Part shown: in pieces, positions 10,270-22,772 of the stretch
Layout of the letters: every line of letters begins with the position of its first letter
How positions within the stretch are numbered: position 1 is the stretch's first letter
Source: Bigelowiella natans CCMP2755
Taxonomy: Eukaryota; Protista; Cercozoa
Direction: 5' to 3'
Length of the DNA: 64,000 nucleotides
Assembly (NCBI GenBank): GCA_000320545.1
Contig: ADNK01002103.1
Location: 20,362 to 84,361, forward strand
Position numbers and translations under genes: made by a program
Notes under the pieces: model-generated
Database searches by the model: none
What the model was told of the DNA's origin: nothing
The model's input: only the letters and a program-made list of their open reading frames with translations

Positions 10270-12619
10270 TGCTGTGTGGTTTCAACATAAAATTAATCAT
10301 TTAGGCCGGGATGCTGCAGTTGGTCAGGATGCAACGTTTGCGAGCCAACGGGCCCCTTCTGCCTTGAGTCAGCGTCAAATTGCGAGAATAACTGCGGTGG
10401 GCAGTGGTGCCCTGGGGGGGTAGCAGCTGTCCCTATGCCAGCGCCTACCGAGCCACAACCATCAGTGAGTGTGTAATTCGCGTACTAGTACTTAAACTGA
10501 GGAGAGTGTGAGCAGCCAATGCCGTATTTTGCCCTTATTACCTGCTCAATCAGCATGCTGTTATTGTCGCCATCCGGTCTGTTGTTGTTCGCCGCGAATC
10601 TTCATCATAAGTCAACCATCAATATCACCAGCCCACAACAGCCGGGATGGTTCCATTTCCGATGCCCGAGCCGACTGCTTTTGCTCCGTCCCCAACGATT
10701 TCCGACGGCTTTGCGTGCTGCAGCTGGTCGCGCTGTCAAAGGTTTGAGGCAACCATCTTACCCCCCCCCCCCTCCCCCTTCCCCATGGCAATTGAATTGC
10801 ATCCAGAATTCATAACTGAGAAACGCCGTAACAAATGTAACAACTAAGTGTCTAAAAATGAAAGGTGTGAACGAACCCACATCTACCTTCTGCCTGCTAT
10901 CCGAATTTAACTGCGAAGGGCCTTGCAACGGGATGTGGTTCACGAGCGGCATTGGAAACCCAGTCCCCGATCCCACCTTCCGCCCCACCCCCCCCCGAGG
11001 CTACCAACTATCCAGCCGACCCTCCCGCCCGCCGCGACGGATGGGTGCTGCAGGTAGGAACGCGTGGTAATGATGGTGATGGCGGTGGTGATGATGATTA
11101 TGAATGGCGACGACAGTGTACAAGACTAATAGCGCGACGCTGGTTTGTAGTAGCCACCGAATTGATAATACCACACCTCTGCCGAATGGAAAGATGAATG
11201 AATGAATGATCGTTTGTAGTTGTGAGATATGCCTTGTGATTGGGGCATTTCCTCGTCCTCATCATCATCGTCGTATTTTGCTTTATCAACACGCAGCTGG
11301 ACCCAGTGTGGGGAGTGCCAGCCTACCTCTGAGTACTGCCTCCGCAACGAAGCCAATTGTGAGGTACTGCCATTCATCCATACGGTTATAGAGGGGATAA
11401 AACTACTTCGATAAATGTTGGAAATCGTTGAGGATCCATCACACCGACAAGAAATGATTTGATCGGTTTGTAGCCATGGTAGGTTCGATGAGATTGCACC
11501 AATCTTTCTTGGTTATCTACACCTACACTTCGATATCATCGTCGTCGTCATCATCATCATCATCATCATCATCATCACCATCATCACCATCCTATCACCT
11601 GCTGATTGATTGAATAATTGTCTCCGTCGATTGTATAGGGTCCGTGCAATGGAATGTGGTGTCCTGTTGGGCCTGACTCGGTGGTCTCTACAATCCAAAC
11701 CGCAGGCTCGAGCACAGCAACTACGCAAGACTTCGTGCAGATCCTGTGCCCCCCCATAGCCATTCCTCCCAGTGGGAGCTTCCAGGTCGAGATTTTAGCT
11801 ACTACCACGGCTGACAGGTACCCTCATGGCCTACATCCGCACAGAGAATCATCCTATCCACTATGTACATATGAAACTCAGCAGAATTTGGCTTCTTTGG
11901 TCCGAGGTTGGGCGGTCGATTCATTGTTGATTTGGAGGCCCCCTATGTAATCCCAACTGCTATTATTTGTTTCCCCTCTCTCTTCACACTGTCAGAGTAA
12001 TCGGTGTCGATGTTGTTCGCGAAGGCGCTGGGGAAGTGACTACAGGCCGCGGAAGTGTGCCCATTACCTCCACAAACGGCTCCCCGATGACCTTCGTAGT
12101 GGATATACAAATCACACGCGAGATTGAAAGGCCGACGATGATAGAGATGCAACAGGACTCCACGCATCTTCTCGCAGCATGGATCGTTGAGCGTTCGCTG
12201 TTCGATGATGGACTACTGCAACCTTGGCTAAACTCGACGGCTTCCTTGTAAGTGATGACTTCTCCCTTCGCCGAGGGTTTCAGATGAGATTTCTTTCTTG
12301 TGTCTTCTCTCTCCCTTCCCATCCTTGCAGGTTTGAACCTGTGCTAGTCGACACTCTGACCTCTTCTCCCCTGTGCGACTCTCGTGCAGAGAACCCTACA
12401 GAGGATACAAGCAATAGCAGTGATGAAGGTGGCCCAAGCGACGCAGCAGTCATCGCAGTCTCAGTAATCTTCACCCTTCTTGCTGTGGCGGCTGCGGTGG
12501 GAGCTTTTGTCTATTTTGGAGGTATGGCTAAATGTCACAATTATTGCCAATCCCTCGGTACAATTTCAGGAACCAATCATAACAATGCTCGCCATGTGCA
12601 GATGTACATGTGTGTGTGA
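8634..12619 (+). CDS. Lytic polysaccharide monooxygenase (LPMO)-like His1 protein + Pro/Thr linkers + 3 Cys-rich modules + C-terminal TM anchor
   Basis: Signal peptide MTILLILLFSPLALG followed directly by H-SWLACVDY (CAT 8679); second His in WPAKNH (9262); C-terminal PGLHTLMWWFNLGEFYNSCADVYI; three CCSWxxCxxC..FCL..NCE..C.G.W modules; TM helix AVIAVSVIFTLLAVAAAVGAFVYF. About 15 exons; apparent frameshift in a poly-C run at ~10988-10996. Confidence 0.8.
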
Positions 12620-12694
12620 GACGGATGTAATGAAGTGAATAATCTTTTCAATGGTCATCCTAATGTAGCTATGCAAAGCAGCGGCTACAGCGCT
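12617..12694 (-). repeat. Conserved junction element copy 3 (overlaps the LPMO-like stop codon)
   Basis: TGAGACGGATGTAATGAAGTGAATAATCTTTTCAATGGTCATCCTAATGTAGC..GCGGCTACAGCGCT is the reverse complement of the consensus. Confidence 0.95.
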
Positions 12695-13510
12695 TAGGTT
12701 GCATTTATTTGTCTCGTCTATCATGCGTTTCATGCATTTAAAAGCATCTGCATCCTGTCGCCGATGCCGTGCAGTGCGCGCAGCGGTCCGTGCCTCTTTT
12801 TCAGCTTCATCAGGCCAGTCGTTTCGTCTCATCGTTTTGATTCATGATAGCATTCAATTGGTTTTGTAATCGAAGCTAGTAAGCTGTTGATGTTCGCATG
12901 CCGCACGTTGAAGGAGATGATCCACATCTTTTGTGACACCACATGTGTTACATGTGGCATCTGCTTCCTCACATTGTTGTGTGCATGTTGATCATGCTAG
13001 CTTGCATGCACGCCAGTACGTCTAGCAGTCAGGACTAGAGAAGCCTAGCTGTAGCAGCGACTGCACACAGCACACAATAGCACAGCATAATCATCAGCTA
13101 GACAGTGTCGCTATCTCTAGCTTGCTCAGCTCCACAACACATCCTAGCCAACATCGCGTGTCGATGTCATGTTCCACAGACATTGCTGGAATGGAGATGG
13201 CGTGCAGCGCAGCAATAACAGGAAGAATGACAAACGGTTGCGTTGCATCTCAGAGCGAGGCGAGGGCACTAGCGTTGTCCTACGATCGACACACAATCAT
13301 GGTTATGCCTGCGCTGTTTTTGTTTGTGTGCATGCTAGCGGAGACAGTCGCCACACTAGCACCAGCGCTAACAATGGCATCAGGTATTGAATGCAACATT
13401 GCTTATTGATGCTGTGTGCTCATCATTGGTTGATTGCTAATGTAACATAATTTGATTAAATGAACAGGCAAATGATGTATGTGCAATGACCGCTGTCAGA
13501 CACATTGGCT
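12617..13510 (-). mobile_element. Convergent-junction tract 3, with a CCHC zinc-knuckle-like relic
   Basis: Minus strand 12900-12960 reads DATCNTCGVTKDVDHLLQ (then C after a 1-nt shift); 12690-12790 is homologous to 41565-41665. Confidence 0.55.
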
Positions 13511-13519
13511 TATGCATCA

Positions 13520-13665
13520 TCATTGCCACCAAATGTAACTGAGAGCCTTTCGAAAGCACGTGTTGTTGGTGCTGCTAGGTGATTCTGGCTCAACATCCTT
13601 CTTTTTCTTTCCTTTAGCTGCTTTTCTGGAAGATGATACTGATGACATGCTGCCTCTGATTGCTT

Positions 13666-13697
<32 letters not shown>

Positions 13698-15031
13698 ATT
13701 GATGACGATTTTCTCCTGCTGCCAATATCATTTATACGAAAGGTACTGCCCCTCACTGAGCCCTTCTTTAGCTTGCCGTTCTTGACCATCTTTTGTAACA
13801 TGTCGCGAAGTCGTCGCTCTGAATAAGACCTTTGAATAGCGTAGTTTTCCTCGATATAGGCGTTTACATCTTTGACGCTCACAGATGATGCAGGCGAGTC
13901 TGCAAGTAGCTCGGTGATAACGCTGAATATCAACATCTGCGACAGGTACCTTTTCTCTTTTTCACGTATCTCCCCATCTTCCTCCTCCTCTCCATCAGCT
14001 ACTTTCTCATCGTCGCTGCCCCATGAGAAAGTCTTCGTTTGCTCTTCTACAACAACATCCTCACAAATACCATCCTCCTCCTCCTCCTCCTCTGCCATGG
14101 TCTCTGCTGTTGGCACCTTGGCCATTATATGGATATAACGTCCTTCGCTCACAGGAACAGTTTTAAGCACGCTGAAACGCCCACTGACGACATTCTCGAG
14201 CTCCTTCCTGGTGCTAGAGCTCACAGAGACGAAGATCCCATGCTTGTCGTCTAGCACTCGATGCACCTCCGCGACGATCTGGCTGCAAAGAAGGGGACGC
14301 ATAGATAGCATGGAGCCGAGTAGCAATGCCTTTTCCACCACGACATTGAACGATCTGTCCTCGTAGTTTGGCATCCATTCCGCGTCTGCGGGTTCCACCG
14401 TGACCTCCACGCCCTTGGGTAGCATACCCGTACCGATGCGAGCGATTCTCCCGCCTATCTTGTCGGTGTAGTTCCCATTCGTGTCGGTGAGTACCAGCTC
14501 CGTAAGTGACCCGTTGATGGCTAGTGGAAGGCACAGTGGGTGCATGCCGCAGCCGATCTCAAGTGTCCTACCATTAGTAGCAACGTCCTGCTCGGCCCCA
14601 GATAGCGCGTGCCACACCGTATTGTGACTGACACCTGCCCCCCACTTTTGCTCACCATTCTGCCCTATCATGGAACTATCACCCGGTCTACACCAGCGAA
14701 ATGTGGTCTCCTTCTCGATATCGTAGAGGTACATATCGTTCATAAATACAACGGGGCCGCCCCCAGGCGTGGCGCCCCCCTCATAGGAGAGAATTGCCAC
14801 CGATGTGAAGCCGTTGCGACCGTTGTTCACAGTTGCTGTTACACAAGGCCGTTGAATGTCGCTACGATCCACGATGATGGTAGACCCGGAGCTTAGTTTG
14901 AGCTGCGAGAGGGTTATGATGGCTCTCGAGTCGAGGAATTCCTTTGCGTTGTCAAGAAATTCTCTCTCCGCCTGTTTGCCATCGGGCTCCTCGGTGCGAG
15001 ATGATGAGAAAAACGACGAAAAGCCCAACAT
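13520..15031 (-). CDS. Intronless class I SAM-dependent methyltransferase (METTL13/EEF1AKMT4-like) fused to an H15/linker-histone-like winged helix and a basic tail
   Basis: TLEIGCG (motif I), LVLTD, ADAEWMPNYEDRSFNVVVEKALL, EVHRVL..HGIFVSVS; acidic linker; LIFSVITELL..SSVSVKDVNAYIEENY..RLRDMLQKMVKNGKLKKGSVRGSTFRI; K/S-rich tail. ORF is open from 15118; likely start M at 15031. Confidence 0.8.
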
Positions 15032-16014
15032 GATAGGTGCTGCGACGATCGGCTCTGTCCGTTCTGGAGTAGTGTAAGAGAATAAGCAAAACTGTAAGCA
15101 ATAATATCGTGAAGGCATGATGAGAGAGAAAAGTCTACACGGTTGCTATCATGGTCAATATTATGAGCAGCTGTAGGCAGGTTGGTGCTAACGCTGATAC
15201 AACTCCAACTCCATCCACCTCACAGAAAGCTACATGCTGCACAAGAATGATCCAAAGAAGCTATATGATATGAAATCACATAAAACTTTGGACCATCCCA
15301 GTCTCAACAACGCGGCAAACACATCATATTGGAGTGAGGTGAGGTGAAGCCTCCCCGTCCCGACCGAATAAAGGAGAAGTGAAGCAGTGATATCCGTACA
15401 TTCTCATGAAATATGCTACGATATTTTCTATGAGAGACGTCATCATCCCTACCCCCCTCCCGAACCCCACCAAACTCTCGTTTTGACAGACTGGGAGGGG
15501 GACTCGCGACCGACCGTTGGTAATTGTGGACAAATTTTGGGCTCCTAGTACTCCACGGGATTATGGCCTGCGACATGGAAAATCCGTTATTTCTCCATCT
15601 AAATCTCCTTAGGCTGGGACCACACCGATTTTTTCCATTTACGAAATATCATGGATAATAAATTTTCCAATATTTTATCATTTCAAAACACAAACAACAC
15701 ATCCTCGTTCTCGGCTCCCACCTCCTCCTCGAGACTGGCGTATTACGGTCTTCCTTTCCTGCGCCGTTCGTTCAACACGAATAGGCGGTAGCGAGATAGA
15801 ACATCTTACTAGGACCAAAAAGAGGGGTAAGCTGCCAACAAAGACACTGGCACATATATCTTCGTTGCCTCCCCCTGCTTCGCTTCTTCAGCTCACCACA
15901 TCGCCGCTCCTCCTCCTCTCCTCCTCCTCCTCCTCCTCCTCCTCCTCCTCCTCCTCCTCCTCCTCCTCGGCGTCCTCAATTTTAGGCAGCGAGGGATTTT
16001 CTATACTCGATAGG

Positions 16015-16644
16015 ATGAAGTTGAAAATTGTGACATTGACAGGGGTCACCATACAGTTGGAACATCCCCAAAAGGTAGCAATTCTTTGCCGCCTCAAAAC
16101 AACACAGTCTGTTTGCTTGCGTATCATCGTGCCATCAGATAGATGTGTGCGTCTAATGTAACGCAGTAAAGGCAATAGTGCTGCCTGGACAAACTATCCT
16201 GCACTGGGGTCCTTCCTTCATATTTCCCCCCTCCTCCCCATAATCTTCCTCCTCCTCCTCCTCACATGTGTTCAGGTACAGATGACAGTCGCAGGCATTA
16301 AAGCGGAGCTCGAGAAGCAGATCGGCTTTCCTCGCGAGCATGTTTCTCTCGTATTCCGAGGGAAGGAACTTGTAGGCGAGGGCCTCGAGCAGAAGTCTAT
16401 TCGAAAGCTATATCCTGACTACACATCCTCCAAGGATTTCTTCGTGCTGGTGTTTCGCAGGACAGCTCGCCATAAGAAAGACGGCAACGATAGAAAGCGA
16501 AAGGCAGAAGAGAGCGGAAACTCGGTAAGGAGGGGGGGGGGGGGAGATGCTAGGTGGAGGAGAGTGGGTTTATGGATTATTAGATGGCTACTCCCTTCCG
16601 GATTTTACCTGCTTCTTTCATGAATGCTTTGTTCGCACTGTACT

Positions 16645-16731
<87 letters not shown>

Positions 16732-16767
16732 CCCTCGTCTGTTCTCGAAGCCGGGAAACGTGTAATA

Positions 16768-16803
<36 letters not shown>

Positions 16804-17147
16804 CTGTGTGTGTGTGTGTGCTTATACTAACATTGCGTCTTATCCTTTCCCCGCTCTCTCTTCTAATTGATCATCACAATGATCAACAGGGCGTTAATGA
16901 TAAGAAGCACCATAAGACGACGTCTTCCTCCTCTAGTGGCAGTATCCGTAGGAATAGCAGCATCAGCAGCAACAAGAGGGGCACCAACGCTGAATCAAAG
17001 AGCTCCTCTTCCCCAAGCAGACCTCAGGTACACGGCGAAAGGGGTAGGGGACAGTCGAGTATTTCAAGCTCAGAAGAGCTCCTTCTTTGTAGATTTGAGG
17101 GAATTTAAAAATATTGCTGATGTTGCTTTTCCCCTCCCCTCCCTGTG

Positions 17148-17189
<42 letters not shown>

Positions 17190-17454
17190 CAGCTCTCCAA
17201 CATCCATGAGATGAGAGATTTCCTCCGCAAGTTCGGGGAGAGACGGCAGATGGTGAGATATCATCCACATCTGACTATTTTCATCGATCGCTGCTACGAA
17301 CCAACTGCTTTGTATTTGTGTATTGTAATATTTGCACACACACACACACACACACACACAAACGTAGTCGTTGCATGCTACTACGCATAGAACGCACCAT
17401 AAGGCTCGCGCCCACATATATGGTTTCGTTAAACTTATATATGTTGCAATATAT

Positions 17455-17492
<38 letters not shown>

Positions 17493-17813
17493 AAACTCAT
17501 TCGAAACATCCATTTTCCATACCCCCATTCTCTTAACACCCCGCCCTCTCTGTCTCCGTGTCTTGGTGGAACATAGGCTAAAGCGCAGGCATCAACCCGC
17601 ACAACAATAGGTAGTACTACTACTAGTAGTAGTTGGGGTGGTAGTAGGTAGCTCGTGGTCATTAGCAGGGCTAACAGGCCACATTTTGTTCTTCCGGTCT
17701 TGTTATAAACGAATGAACGAATGAGCTTTCGGGGGGGGGAAGGCCATTTCTTCTAGAATCGACCTTGCAGCATTTCGTCGGAATCATAAGATGCAATCCA
17801 GAGAGTGATGACA

Positions 17814-17850
<37 letters not shown>

Positions 17851-18280
17851 ACCGATGGTTTTTGTTCTATGCCGTGCAACAACACAAAACTCATCGCAGC
17901 TTGGCTATAACTTCGTGGTGCTATTTCGCCACCAACTTGTGTGATCCTCTTCGTCTTTCTCTTCCTTTTCTTTTCTTCTTCTGCTGCTCCGCCTTCACGA
18001 CGGTCTAACGTGCCTTCCTTGCAGAGCCGAAGGGTGAGTTCCTTAGCCAGCTCACAAACATGGGCTTCAAGTCCGAGGCTGCGACGCGTGCGCTGCTTCT
18101 TCATCGAAACAACCTCGAGATGGCGCTGAATTGGCTCCTGGAGAATGCTAGTGATCCTGACATCAATAATCCGATCTCATCAAAAGAGAGGCAGCAGCTC
18201 AGTCGCGTGGCCTCGAGACCGGCCATTCCGATGGAGGTGTTTGCTTTCTCCAGTGCATCGTAGTTAGCGTAGACTACCAC

Positions 18281-18318
<38 letters not shown>

Positions 18319-18657
18319 AAGTCACACGAAGACACACATAGTACATCTTTCGATATAACACATGCATACCAACGCCGCTCACCAACCAGCCATGCTCCCG
18401 TCTCTGCGCCACTTAATATGCTATTTCTCATAATGTAGGCTTTGAACGATTTCATCGAGATCAATTTCGGAGCGGACCGCGTCCCGTCACCGTCGTACGA
18501 GCCGTTCACAGAGGGGGAGGGCAACAACATGGATGAAGAGGAAGAAGAATCTGCTGCTGCCGTCATCTCTGCTGTGTCAAGAGCAGCGGAACGGACGGGA
18601 GGTGCCGCACCCTCCACCTCAGCGGCTGATCCTGAAAATGATAGTAGCTTAATGTAG
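16015..18657 (+). CDS. Ubiquitin-like (UBL) + UBA domain protein (UBAC1/Rad23-type architecture)
   Basis: MKLKIVTLTG...TVAGIKAELEKQIGFPREHVSLVFRGKEL (UBL); LSQLTNMGFKSEAATRALLLHRNNLEMALNWLLEN (UBA). Confidence 0.88.
16646..16820. repeat. Compound intronic microsatellite (CT)n(AT)n...(GT)n, representative of dozens in the window
   Basis: Directly visible. Confidence 0.95.
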
Positions 18658-18759
18658 TAGTAGTAGTAGTAGTAGTTGATGATGATGATGAGACAATAAA
18701 CAGCACGAGTCGTTGTATCGATATATACAACATTACACACACCACGCGCCTGCAAAGGT

Positions 18760-19550
18760 TTTCATATAATCGATCTACCGAGCCCTTCGACTACGGTTTT
18801 TTTTCGAAAGTTGCGAGCGAGCACATGCTAGTAGCTGTGCATGTCTAGATGTACGGGATGTGTTCCAATCCGTCGAGCTGTTTGTGCCAGATACAGCATC
18901 ACTGACATGATCAACGGCCTCGTAAGCACCATTATTCAATTGCATGTGAGCAGCAGATAATACGTTACAGAAACAACGCCTTCGAATAACAATGTCGTTC
19001 ACAGTCTCCAGTGTGCGAGCGCATTATCTGTATAAATGCAACAGCTGTGGTTGAACTTTTCCAATTGTTGTCGTCATCCTCATGCATTGTCTAGTCGTGC
19101 AGCGCGACCAGGATAGCAGGCCATCGTATCTGTAGGCACAATGGACTAGTCTGTGCATTAATATGTAGCACTGCTTCCAGCGATAAAGCCAGCGCATGTA
19201 GTCACATTACGTATATCATCCAACATACGACCCCAAAACGCTTTTCACTTTTAAATAATTTGATCGGCAGCTCCGTCGATGATATCTCTCCACACAAGCC
19301 CACACAGCAACTGTAATATAAGCATGTATCTATGCGCAAATGTCTAAAGAAGCCCATCCAGCCCATGATGACATGTAGGACACAATAAGCATGCACACGG
19401 CGTACATCTGTAACAACGTACAGCAGAGCCCGTGGCAAGTACAAATTATGTGTTCATATTTGATGTAATCGAAGCTGAATATAGAAGATGAAGGCAGCAC
19501 ACGAAAGCTATGTTAAGCTAGTAATATGACACATTTGAAACTACATACAA
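18760..19550. repeat. Convergent-junction tract 4 (only a remnant of the conserved element)
   Basis: Same composition as the other tracts; GTCATCCTCATG (19073-19084) is identical to copy 5 (41548-41559) and is followed by GCAGCGC; TGTAATCGAAGCT is shared with tract 3. Confidence 0.65.
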
Positions 19551-19683
19551 TTTTGAGTCCATTTATGTGCATTGTCAGCTTTCTGCTACCTATATCCGTG
19601 TCGCCCCTAAAAATCTTTTTACAAAACTCATCCAATCGCTTCTTCACCTTCTTCTTCTTCTTCTTCTTCTTCTTCTTCTTCGT

Positions 19684-19820
19684 CTATCTCCTATTGATCT
19701 TGAGTTTACTGCGAAGCTCCGGATAGTCCTTAAGGATGCTCCTAGTACGACATATGTAAAAGCGTCAACACACACGCATATAAAGAAATCTCTCTCTCTC
19801 TTTCTCTCTCTCTCTCTCGC

Positions 19821-19857
<37 letters not shown>

Positions 19858-22262
19858 GAAATGACTTCTGGCTTTGCTCGTTGAGCTGCCTGTATAACTG
19901 GCGCTGAAGAATGAACAAACAGAAGAGTGTCAGCAACAGCACCCTTGCGTGTGTGCGTGTGTGTGTGTGCGCGCGCGTTTGTGTGCTCTAATTGCTGCTA
20001 CAGAAGAAGCTAGAGCTTTGGCGACTAAACTTTCACATTGCAAAGTAGGGTTGGTAACAGGGTTATCGTCAAGAAACGTATCGAATGTTTATTCATCATA
20101 TTCTTTCTGCGTCGTGGCCTCATGTAGAACCCCTTGGAGAAGGGGAAAATATGAAGTGAATGATCGGATTTGGAGCCTCCACATAAGCGTACTACTACTT
20201 TCATCAGCGTATAGAATGGTACTCATACTCATCCTGAAAAATATGAAATATGTTCAAGAGTCGAAAGATCTCGCACTACCCCTTCCGACTGCCAGTGGAG
20301 GAAAAACTCGAGGAAGAGAAATCTGCCTGCATCTTTAACCTGGTAGAGATGGATCATAATGATGATGACGATGATGATGATGGCGACGATGTAACATACT
20401 CGGGTGGCAGGACAACTATATTGAGACTAGTGATAGTGGTTTTGGTGGTGGCAGCGACATATCATTCCATGCGATAAGATCCGTTGTTTTCCCTTCATAA
20501 TCCTTCCTCTTCTCCTCGTCCCCTGTCTTCTCTTCCCTCTTCCCTCTTCTTGTTGATCATTATCATCATCATCGTCATCATCATCATCATCATGCTTTCC
20601 CAATATTGTTTATTATCAGTCAAACACACCGTGAGATCCTTGTGGCCTAAGAGGCTACTGATGCACGACTGAATGGTGACAATCTGCTTCAACCCTCCGC
20701 TTCCCAGCTGAGCTCTATCATCACCACCACCACCAGCGCCATACTCGTCGACGACTCTCCCCCCCCTCCCCCCCTTCCCTTCGTTGAAGGTGAGAGTCTC
20801 CTTGGTCATGGGCTCGAGGACGTCGACTTCCCACCGAGCCATCATCATGCGTAGATAACGAGTGCATTGGACCTTCACCTACAACGAGAACACAGCAACC
20901 GTTGTTGACGAATGATGGCAATGACGAGGAGGAGGAGAAGGAGAAGGAGGAGAAAATTAGACAGCGAGAAAAGGGGGATTTGGCGAGCTTCCAACCCAGG
21001 CTCACTCTCCGGCAAGTGTTGCTTATTCGAATGCAAGCTGCGTACAGCTCAACTTAATTAACGATGGATGATGACGAAACTACTACCTTAGGATTGTGAG
21101 CTCCGAGCCCCACAGCCATGACTAGACGGAACACGGCAGGGTGTGGGAAACTATGGATGATCTCGGACATGCACTGCTTGGCGGCCGTCGCCACGTCTCT
21201 TTTACCAGCGTTGCTCAGGTAGCAGAGCGCAGGTACCACAGCCGCGTGCAGAGCACGGAATCTATTCACACGTCGATACGACCATAAAATACAACTGTAC
21301 GGGTAAAAACGAAATGCATCCCCCCCCCCCCCCTCCCATCCATCCTCCTATCCCGTTTCAACAACAGTGGTGTAAGGGGCCTCACTTGTTCGATCCCTTG
21401 AAGCAGCGCGCGATTTTGGCGATGGTGAGACAAGCTTGGACGACAACCTTGACCTTTCCATCCGACAGTTGCAGCGTGAAGCATGAGGAGAACGGCGCCA
21501 GCATCGAGCCGAGCTCGGACGGGAGAACGCGTGCGGAGCATTCCTGGACTAACTTTTCGAGGGAGACTAGGGCTGTCAGGCGCTGCTTACTTGGTAGCTT
21601 CAAGCTCATCAGCACCCCGTGGCAATCGTCGAGGGAGATCTGTGAGGGGGGGGGAGAAAGGAAGGAGGAATAGCAATATATATATTCACCCACAATTTAT
21701 GAGAGGGTCGTCGCCGTCGTTTCTGTGGCAGGATTGCGTGAGTGCGTGCGTGTGCGTGTGTATTTGCTTTCACTGACAAGCTACCCTTTCGTCCCTTGAC
21801 AATTTCTTCTCGGAGAACGCCTGGTGAATCTCGAAGTGGCTGTCCTCTTCGTCCTCCTCATCGTCCACATCGCCACCACCCCTTGCCCTGCCGGCACCAG
21901 CAGCAGCTTTTGTAGAATGCGAGGAGCTTGCAAACTTGTTTTCAGCAGCACCTCTTAGCCTGTCTGAATTCTCCTCCTCTTCCTCCTCCTCCTCCTCCTC
22001 CTTCTTTTCTCTCTTAACGTAAGCGGTATGAATTGTCCTCTCTCCCCCCGCACTCTCCATTTCTTCCCTCGCTGTCATTTCCTTCGCTTCCCTTGAGTGA
22101 GCGCTCAGAGGCCGCGCCCAGTGGACAATCTTTGGAGGCAGCATCTCCCCTGTGGCGATAGTGGTGCTACAGGCTTGGCTGCTGTTACGAATGACGTTCC
22201 TACTCAATGGTTGGGTGGTAGGAAAGAGGAAGATGTGATGATATAACATGCATATAAATAGG

Positions 22263-22302
<40 letters not shown>

Positions 22303-22733
22303 TGTGTGTGTGTGGGCAGGGGGTGTTGATTACTCACTGCTAACGTAATGAGGATTATATAAGGTTTAATACTGTCCGCGTGCTGCTGGCATAAGATGAT
22401 GATGGTGAATGTGGTCATTGGCCATGGACTTAGCCATATAGCCTGCTCGGCGTGTGCTTCCCTGTGTTTTTCCTTACGCTAAACAACGAACCTCTTCCTC
22501 CCCTTCAGAATCGAACGCTAATGAATGATGATGACAACGACAGAGAGAGCAGCACTTATTTATGCATCGTATGCCATGTGACGACGACGCATTATCATCT
22601 ACAAAACCACATAATTCTCATCGTTGGGGCCTCACCGTTTTCTTTCGAGATTCGAGAGTCATCTCCAAATCGATCTCGACAGAGTCTCCTGAGCTCATCC
22701 ACTTGCGCCGATTTTGTGGGCTCCTTCTCTTCC

Positions 22734-22772
<39 letters not shown>

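Noticed and set aside
10985-10997. Frameshift making the LPMO-like gene a pseudogene
   Set aside because: It falls in a poly-C homopolymer and downstream exons are intact; more likely a sequencing or assembly error.
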